Shown here: positions 58,157 through 64,000 of the stretch, in pieces
How positions within the stretch are numbered: the first letter of the stretch is position 1
Layout: the number at the start of each line of letters is the position of its first letter
DNA from: an uncultured Actinomycetota bacterium
Lineage (GTDB): Bacteria; Actinomycetota; Actinomycetes; JAHEKZ01
Reading direction: 5' to 3'
NCBI GenBank assembly: GCA_963718235.1
Contig: CAVQYR010000001.1
Span: forward strand, 448,001 to 512,000
Length of the DNA stretch: 64,000 nt
Made by a program: the position numbers and the translations under genes
The notes under the pieces: model-generated
What the model saw: the letters and a program-made list of their open reading frames with translations, nothing else
Databases searched by the model: none
What the model was told of the DNA's origin: nothing

Positions 58157-59099
58157 GGTCGTCGGCGCCGGGATCCTCGCGCACGTCCCGACCATCATGC
58201 TTCCCCCGGAGACCCGGTTGGCCCTCAACGCGGGCCGAGAGATCAGTCTCGTCCCGGCATTGCACCAGCTGCGGCGGGAGGTGTTCGAGACCCTCGACTA
58301 CGACACGGTCGTGGTGCTGGACTCCCACTGGTTCACCACGGTGGAGTTCGTCGTGACCGCCCAGGGTCGCCGGGCGGGGCTGTTCACCGCCGAGGAGCTG
58401 CCGAGAGGCATGACCCGGATCCCCTACGACTGGGTCGGTGACCCCGAGCTGGCCGAGACGATGGCTGGGCTTGGGCCCAGGCACAGCACGTGGGTCACCG
58501 CCAACGACGATCCCTACCTCCCGCTCTACTATGCGACCCTGAACCTCTGGAAGTTCCTCGGTGAGGGTCTCGACAAGCGGTGGGTCACCGTCAGTACCTG
58601 CCAGACGGGGGAGACCGAGGACTTCCTGCGCGCCGGTCGCGCCCTGGGCGACGCCATCGAGCAGACTGACCGCAAGGTGCTGCTGGTCGCGTCCGGAGCG
58701 TTGTCGCACACCTTCTGGAAGCTGCGCGAGCTGCGTGACCACGAGGCCAGCGACCCCGAGCACATCCGGACCCCCGAGGCGTACGCCGCTGACCTGGAGC
58801 GGATCGCCTGGTTCGAGCAGGGGGACCACGCCCAGGTACTCGCGACGATGCCGGAGTTCCTGAAGTACAGACCGGAGGCGATGTTCGCCCACTACCTGAT
58901 GATGGCTGGGGCGCTCGGTGAGGACCGGCTGGCGGCTCCTGCGCGCCGGTTCGGCGAGTACGAGAACTCGATCGGAACCGGACAGGTCCACCTCTGGTTC
59001 GACCGGCCGTCGGGCGGTTTCCCCCGACCGGCGAGCACACCGAGCGACCCCGAGTACGTCCGCCAGATGGGTGGACCCGACCTGGTGGCCGCGGGCTGA
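58149..59099 (+). CDS. LigB-class extradiol dioxygenase, HpaD-like
   Basis: HVPT, DSHW, TAEELP, SGALSH, GTGQ motifs as in homoprotocatechuate 2,3-dioxygenase. Confidence 0.85.
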   Translation: MGEVVGAGILAHVPTIMLPPETRLALNAGREISLVPALHQLRREVFETLDYDTVVVLDSHWFTTVEFVVTAQGRRAGLFTAEELPRGMTRIPYDWVGDPELAETMAGLGPRHSTWVTANDDPYLPLYYATLNLWKFLGEGLDKRWVTVSTCQTGETEDFLRAGRALGDAIEQTDRKVLLVASGALSHTFWKLRELRDHEASDPEHIRTPEAYAADLERIAWFEQGDHAQVLATMPEFLKYRPEAMFAHYLMMAGALGEDRLAAPARRFGEYENSIGTGQVHLWFDRPSGGFPRPASTPSDPEYVRQMGGPDLVAAG

Positions 59100-59115
59100 C
59101 CACCGAAGGAGCAGC

Positions 59116-59961
59116 GTGACCGAGTACCGACGCATCGTGCTGGACGGCAACGTCGTCCGGGTCAGGCGTGAGGGCAACACCCTGCGGTCAGCAGACGGGC
59201 GCGAGACGTCGGTCGACGAGGCTATCCATCTCCCGCCGGTCGAGCCGACCAAGATCGTGGCCGTGCACCTGAACCACATCAGCCGGGTGAACGAGTTCCA
59301 GATCGGGCTGCCGACCACGCCGACCTACTTCCACAAGCCCATCTCGTCGTTGAACGCGCACAAGGGCGCGGTGGTACGTCCCGAGCGGTGCAAGTGGCTG
59401 AACTACGAGGGCGAGGTGGCGATCGTCATCGGTCGTACCGCCCGTAACATCTCCCCGGCGGAGGCGGGCGACTACATCGCCGGCTACACGGTGGCCAACG
59501 ACTACGGGCTGCACGACTTCCGCGACACCGACGCGGGGTCGATGCTGCGGGTGAAGGGGTCGGACACGCTGTGTCCACTCGGTCCCGGTCTGGTGACCGA
59601 CTGGGACTTCCGGGGCAAGGGCCTGCGCACCCTGGTCAACGGCGAGGTGCGCCAGGACGGGAACACCGACGAGATGACCTGGGACATGCACTACCTCGTC
59701 GCCGACATCGCCCGCACGATCACCCTGGTACCGGGCGACGTGCTGCTGTCCGGCACGCCGGCGAACTCCCGCACGGTCTACCCGGGCGACGTCGTCGAGG
59801 TGGAGGTCGAGGGGCTGGGAACCCTGAGCAACCACATCGTGCAGGGGCCGGTGCCCATCCGCGACGACGTGGGCGCCCAGCCCACCGAGTCCGAAGAGGT
59901 GCTGTCCACGGCCCTCGGCGGAGACTGGGAGTTTCGGGGCGTGCGCGCTCCACAGCGGTGA
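59116..59961 (+). CDS. Fumarylacetoacetate hydrolase family protein (HpaG-like)
   Basis: FHKP, YEGEV, ANDY, PGDVLLSGTP. Confidence 0.9.
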   Translation: MTEYRRIVLDGNVVRVRREGNTLRSADGRETSVDEAIHLPPVEPTKIVAVHLNHISRVNEFQIGLPTTPTYFHKPISSLNAHKGAVVRPERCKWLNYEGEVAIVIGRTARNISPAEAGDYIAGYTVANDYGLHDFRDTDAGSMLRVKGSDTLCPLGPGLVTDWDFRGKGLRTLVNGEVRQDGNTDEMTWDMHYLVADIARTITLVPGDVLLSGTPANSRTVYPGDVVEVEVEGLGTLSNHIVQGPVPIRDDVGAQPTESEEVLSTALGGDWEFRGVRAPQR

Positions 59962-59999
59962 CATCCACTCACATCGAACAGCAGCGATCAGGAGGGTTC

Positions 60000-60194
60000 A
60001 TGAAGGTCGTCGTCGACATGGACAAGTGCCAGGACCACGGGCAGTGCGCCTTCGAGGCGCCCGAGGTCTTCCAGATCGACGCCGGGACCGGCAAGCTCGT
60101 GGTCCTGACCGACGAGCCGGACGAGGCGCTGCGCGACAAGGTCGAGGCCGCCGCCGACGTCTGCCCGGTCCAGGCCATCGAGATCGTGGACTGA
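60000..60194 (+). CDS. Ferredoxin (P450 partner type)
   Basis: 64 aa; CQDHGQC...CPVQAI; GGAGG RBS. Confidence 0.92.
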   Translation: MKVVVDMDKCQDHGQCAFEAPEVFQIDAGTGKLVVLTDEPDEALRDKVEAAADVCPVQAIEIVD

Positions 60195-60198
60195 CCGG

Positions 60199-61418
60199 AT
60201 GACCCGTGTCGTCGTCGTCGGGGCCGGCATGGCGGGACTGCGCACTTCGGAGTCCCTGCGCAAGAGTGGCTACGACGACGAGCTCGTCGTCGTCGGCGAG
60301 GAGATCCACCTGCCGTACAACCGGCCCCCGCTGTCCAAGGAGGTGCTGGCCGCAGAGGTGCACCACGAGAAGGTGGCCTTTCCGCTGCGCACTGCCCTGG
60401 GCGAGATCGACTGGCGGCTCGGCTGCCGGGCCACGGGACTCGACCGGGACAGGCGCGCAGTCACCCTCGACGACGGCGAAGTGCTGGAGTTCGACGGGCT
60501 GGTGGTGGCCACCGGCCTCCGTCCACGGCGCCTCGACCTGCCCGGCCCGCCGCCCGACCCGGCAGCGGGTCGCCATGTCCTGCGGACGCTGGATGACGCG
60601 GCCCGACTGCGCGACGAGCTCGTCCCGGGAGCCCGGGTCGTCGTGCTCGGGGCCGGCTTCATCGGCTGCGAGGTCGCTGCCACGGCCCGCGGACTCGGCT
60701 GCGACGTCGTCAGTGTGGCGATCGACCCCTTCCCGATGGTGCGTCCGCTGGGTCCTGCTCTGGGCGCGGAGATGCAGCGTCGGCACGAGGAGCAGGGCGT
60801 GCGGTTCCGGCTCGGCGTGGGGATCGTCGGGTACACCGGCGACGACCGAGTCACGGGTGTGGAGCTCGCCAACGGCGAGACCCTGCGGGCCGATGTGGTC
60901 GTCGAGGCGATCAGCAGCCACTGCAACACCGAGTGGCTGGCGGGCTCGGGGTATGACCTCACGGACGGGCTCTCTGTGCGACAACGTGCTGCGGGTGGTG
61001 CGTCGAGGACGGTGTCGTGGAGGACGGAGTCCACGTCGTCGGTGACCTTGCACGCTTCCCCAACCCGCTCTTCGACGACGTCCCGCGTCGGGTCGAGCAC
61101 TGGAACATCCCTACCGAGACGGGTAAGCGGGTCGGGCCCGCCTTGGCGGCGTACCTGCGTGGTGACGGCTACGACGAGGCGCTCAGCAAGTCGTTTGCGC
61201 CCCTTCCGGCGTTCTGGTCCGACCAGTACGACATTCGGCTCCAGTCCTACGGCATGCCCGGCCTGGCCGACCCCGAGGGGATCGCGGTCCTCGAGGGTGA
61301 CCTGTCCGGGGAGGTCGTGGTCGGGTACCACCGCGGCGACATTCTCGTGGGTGTGGTCGGCCTGGGCATGCTGCCACGCGTCAACAGCTATCGGCCACTG
61401 ATCGGCACGGTTGCATAA
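60199..61418 (+). pseudogene. Ferredoxin reductase with apparent frameshifts at ~60970-61015
   Basis: GAGMAG, YNRPPLSK, GAGFIGCE in one frame; VGDLAR, RVEHW, FWSDQY in another; may be a sequencing error. Confidence 0.85.
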
Positions 61419-61456
61419 CGGCTCGGGCGAACTGGTGAGTAGTTCCCTCGAAAGCC

Positions 61457-61513
61457 TTGACAAGACCCCGTAATCCCGAGACTCTCGGCGCAATCTTTCG
61501 TTCGGCCCCATAC
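61457..61513 (+). promoter_or_regulatory. TTGACA plus palindrome copy 5 upstream of the permease
   Basis: TTGACA at 61457-61462; GTTCGGCCCCATAC at 61500-61513. Confidence 0.6.
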
Positions 61514-61544
61514 GAAACCAGACCCCTCGACTCTGGAGAACCGC

Positions 61545-63094
61545 ATGGACCAGCTCAAGCCCGCACCCGAAGAGACCGCTGGTACCGCCCTGCGCAAGGG
61601 CAGGCTCGGCGTTGCCGGCGTCGTCTTCTTCGTCGTCGCAGCGGCCGCTCCCCTGGTGGGCATGACCGGTGCGGTGCCGGTGGCCATCGTGCTCGGCAAC
61701 GGGGCTGCAGTTCCCGGCGCCTACGTCGCAGTCGGCATCACGCTGCTGCTGTTCAGCGTCGGCTACGCCGCGATGAGCCACCGGGTGACCAACACCGGTG
61801 CCTTCTTCGCCTACGTGGGTCGGGGTCTGGGCATCGGCCCCGGCGTGGGAAGCGCCTTCGTGTCGCTCGTGGCGTACTTGGCCGTCCAGCTGGCGATCTT
61901 TGGCTTCTTCGGCGCGGTCGCCTCCGCGGAGCTTGCCGACAAGATCAGCATCGACTGGCCCTGGTACGTGGTGGAGCCTGATCGCGTGGGCTCTCGTGAC
62001 CGCACTCTCGCTCTTCAGCGTCGATGTCGGCGCCAAGGTGCTCGGGGTCTTCATGACTTTGGAGGTGCTGTCACTGTTCATCATGGCGCTCGCTGTCCTC
62101 TTTACCGGCGGCGGCCCCGACGGGTTCGATCTCAACGCCTCCTTCGCCCCTAACAACGTTCTCGTGGGCGGGCTTGGCGGGACCGCGGGCATTGCGCTGG
62201 CTTTTGCTTTCGCCTCCTACATCGGATTCGAGGCCACCGCGATCTACGGTGAGGAGTCCAAGGACCCGAAGCGGACTGTCCCGAGAGCCACGTACATCGC
62301 GGTCATCCTGATCACGGTCCTGTTCGGCCTTTCGACCTTCGCGATCGTCACGGCGCTCGGCTCGAAGGACGTCGTGAACCAGGTCGTGGCGACTAGCTGG
62401 AGACGACTTGGGCAACCCGGCCAACGTCGTGTTCACCGTGGCCGAGCAGAGCGTCGGCGACTGGCTCGGGAGCTGGGCCGGGTCGTTGGTCTCGAACACC
62501 ATGGAGTGGCTGGTCCTGAGCAGTCTGTTCGCCGGGCTCCTGGCTTTTCAGAATTCGGCAGCTCGCTACTTCTTCTCCATGGGCCGGGCCGGCGTCCTGC
62601 CCACCGCGTTGGACCGGGTGAACAAGTGGGGAGCGCCGCAGGTGGCCACTCTCACGACCTCGGTGATTTCCCTTGCGGTGATCGTCACCTTCTGGCTGAC
62701 CGACAAGGACCCCGTCACCAACCTGTTCTTCTGGTTCAGCGGGCTGGCGGTGCTGGCCATCGTGCTCGTCGAGATCCTCGTCAGCATCGCCGTCATCGCC
62801 TACTTCACCCGGACCAAGGAGGACAAGCGGGTCTGGAACACGATCATCGCGCCCGTTCTTGCGATCATCGGGCTCGCGGTAGGGATGTATCTGCTGATGT
62901 CCCGCTTTGGGCTGCTCGGCGGCTCCGACACGATCCAGAGCACAGTGGACCCAACGACGCAGGCCTGGGGGCTGAGCGCCCTTGGCTGGACGCTCGTCCT
63001 GCTGCCGTTCGCTATGTTCTTGATCGGCTGGGTGATCGGTCTGCTGCGCAAGTCCGAGGAGAACGAGGACGCCGTCAAGGACCTCGTCACCTGA
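61545..63094 (+). pseudogene. APC-family amine/amino acid permease, frameshifted near 61965 and 62400
   Basis: VAAAAPL, GAFFAYV, SYIGFEA...EE.KDP, RYFFSMGRAG spread over three consecutive frames; may be a sequencing error. Confidence 0.85.
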
Positions 63095-63632
63095 GTGGTG
63101 CGGGTGCGCTCTTCGCGTACACGACTGCGTCGAACGTCACGCCGTCTTCCTCCAGCGCGGCCCGGTGGTCGAAGGTCATTCCAAGGCGGGTCATCACGGC
63201 GATGCTCCGAGCATTCGGTGCATCGGTGACCGAGATGACTCGGGGGTACTGCTTGACGGTGAAGCCGTAGTCGAGCCAGGCCCGCGCCGCCTCGGTGGCG
63301 TAGCCGTGACCCCAGTGCTCGCGGGCCAGTCGCCAGCCGATCTCGATGTCGTCGGGGTACCACTCGAGGTGGTGCAGGCCGCACATGCCCAGGAACCGCT
63401 GGTCATGCGTGCGCTCGACCGCGAGCAGCCCGATCGACTCGTGGGAGTGCAGCTCGTTGGCCCACTTCGCTATCTCGTCCGAGTACTCCCGGGTCAGGGG
63501 CTGTCCACCCAGGTACTCCACGACCTCCGGGTCGGCGTTCAGGGCGGCGTACAGCGGGAGGTCGTCGCGACGGAATGTGCGCAGGGTCAGGCGTGACGTC
63601 GTCAGCACGGTCTCACCGGACCACTCCATCAT
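63087..63632 (-). CDS. GNAT acetyltransferase (RimJ/RimL type)
   Basis: T.RL.LR, EIGWRL, WGHGYATEAA, N.RS..V..RLGM. Confidence 0.9.
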   Translation of the reverse strand: MMEWSGETVLTTSRLTLRTFRRDDLPLYAALNADPEVVEYLGGQPLTREYSDEIAKWANELHSHESIGLLAVERTHDQRFLGMCGLHHLEWYPDDIEIGWRLAREHWGHGYATEAARAWLDYGFTVKQYPRVISVTDAPNARSIAVMTRLGMTFDHRAALEEDGVTFDAVVYAKSAPAPLR

Positions 63633-63689
63633 GAAGTCGTACCACGGTCTGCCGGTACCGGTCGATGAGGTTGTCCCAGGAGCAAGCCC

Positions 63690-64000
63690 TCAGGCGGAGA
63701 AGTCCAGCGACTGGTCGTCCACGGCGACCACGGTCCGCTGCATCCCGTCGGTGTCGGTCAACGCGTAGGCGGGGATGAGGACGGCCGAGCCGTCGGGCTG
63801 GGTGTAGAGGGCGAGCCCGAGCCGAGCCCGGGTGATCGTCACCTGCTGGACCGGCCAGCCGAAGTCGTCGCCTGCCCGCACGGTCGGCGGGAGCTTTGGG
63901 CTCGCCACGCCCGTGGCGGCACCGTCGGAGGCGCTGCCGCCACCCGACAGGGTCGAGACGGGACGGTCGGCTGCTGCAGCGATGCCCATCGGCATCGGAC
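63690..64000 (-). CDS. Hypothetical protein, 5' end outside window
   Basis: Open frame running to the window edge, ending LIPAYALTD...VVAVDD..LDF. Confidence 0.6.
   Translation of the reverse strand, partial: PMPMGIAAAADRPVSTLSGGGSASDGAATGVASPKLPPTVRAGDDFGWPVQQVTITRARLGLALYTQPDGSAVLIPAYALTDTDGMQRTVVAVDDQSLDFSA

Overview
High-GC actinobacterial chromosome segment. 1-30.5 kb is a conserved core block: TlpA, Nudix, marP, nhaA, acs, Fic-like, HAD-IB, 6C RNA, ssd-tad pilus cluster, DUF1998 helicase, hppA, topA, tmk, holB, then tRNA-Thr(CGT). Inside it, an AbiEi/DUF559 nuclease gene sits between topA and tmk, flanked by two 47-bp palindromes with compensatory changes. After the tRNA is a ~2.2 kb integrase-less island remnant closed by a diverged copy of the tRNA 3' half. 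Accessory genes follow, including a heliorhodopsin and a glutaredoxin-thioredoxin reductase fusion. The best candidate for an undescribed system is the ~17 kb cluster at 45.9-63.1 kb. It combines a PLP decarboxylase, three cytochromes P450 (one GcoA/CYP255-like), a ferredoxin and its reductase, a gamma-glutamyl ligase with two class I glutamine amidotransferase-fold enzymes, HpaD/E/G-like meta-cleavage genes, an APC permease and MarR. Five copies of a 14-bp palindrome (GTTCGG-NN-CCGAAC) lie upstream of its transcription units. I infer a gamma-glutamylation/P450 route for (methoxylated) arylalkylamines. Three genes carry frameshifts that may be sequencing errors. All family calls come from motif recognition by eye; no database search was run.
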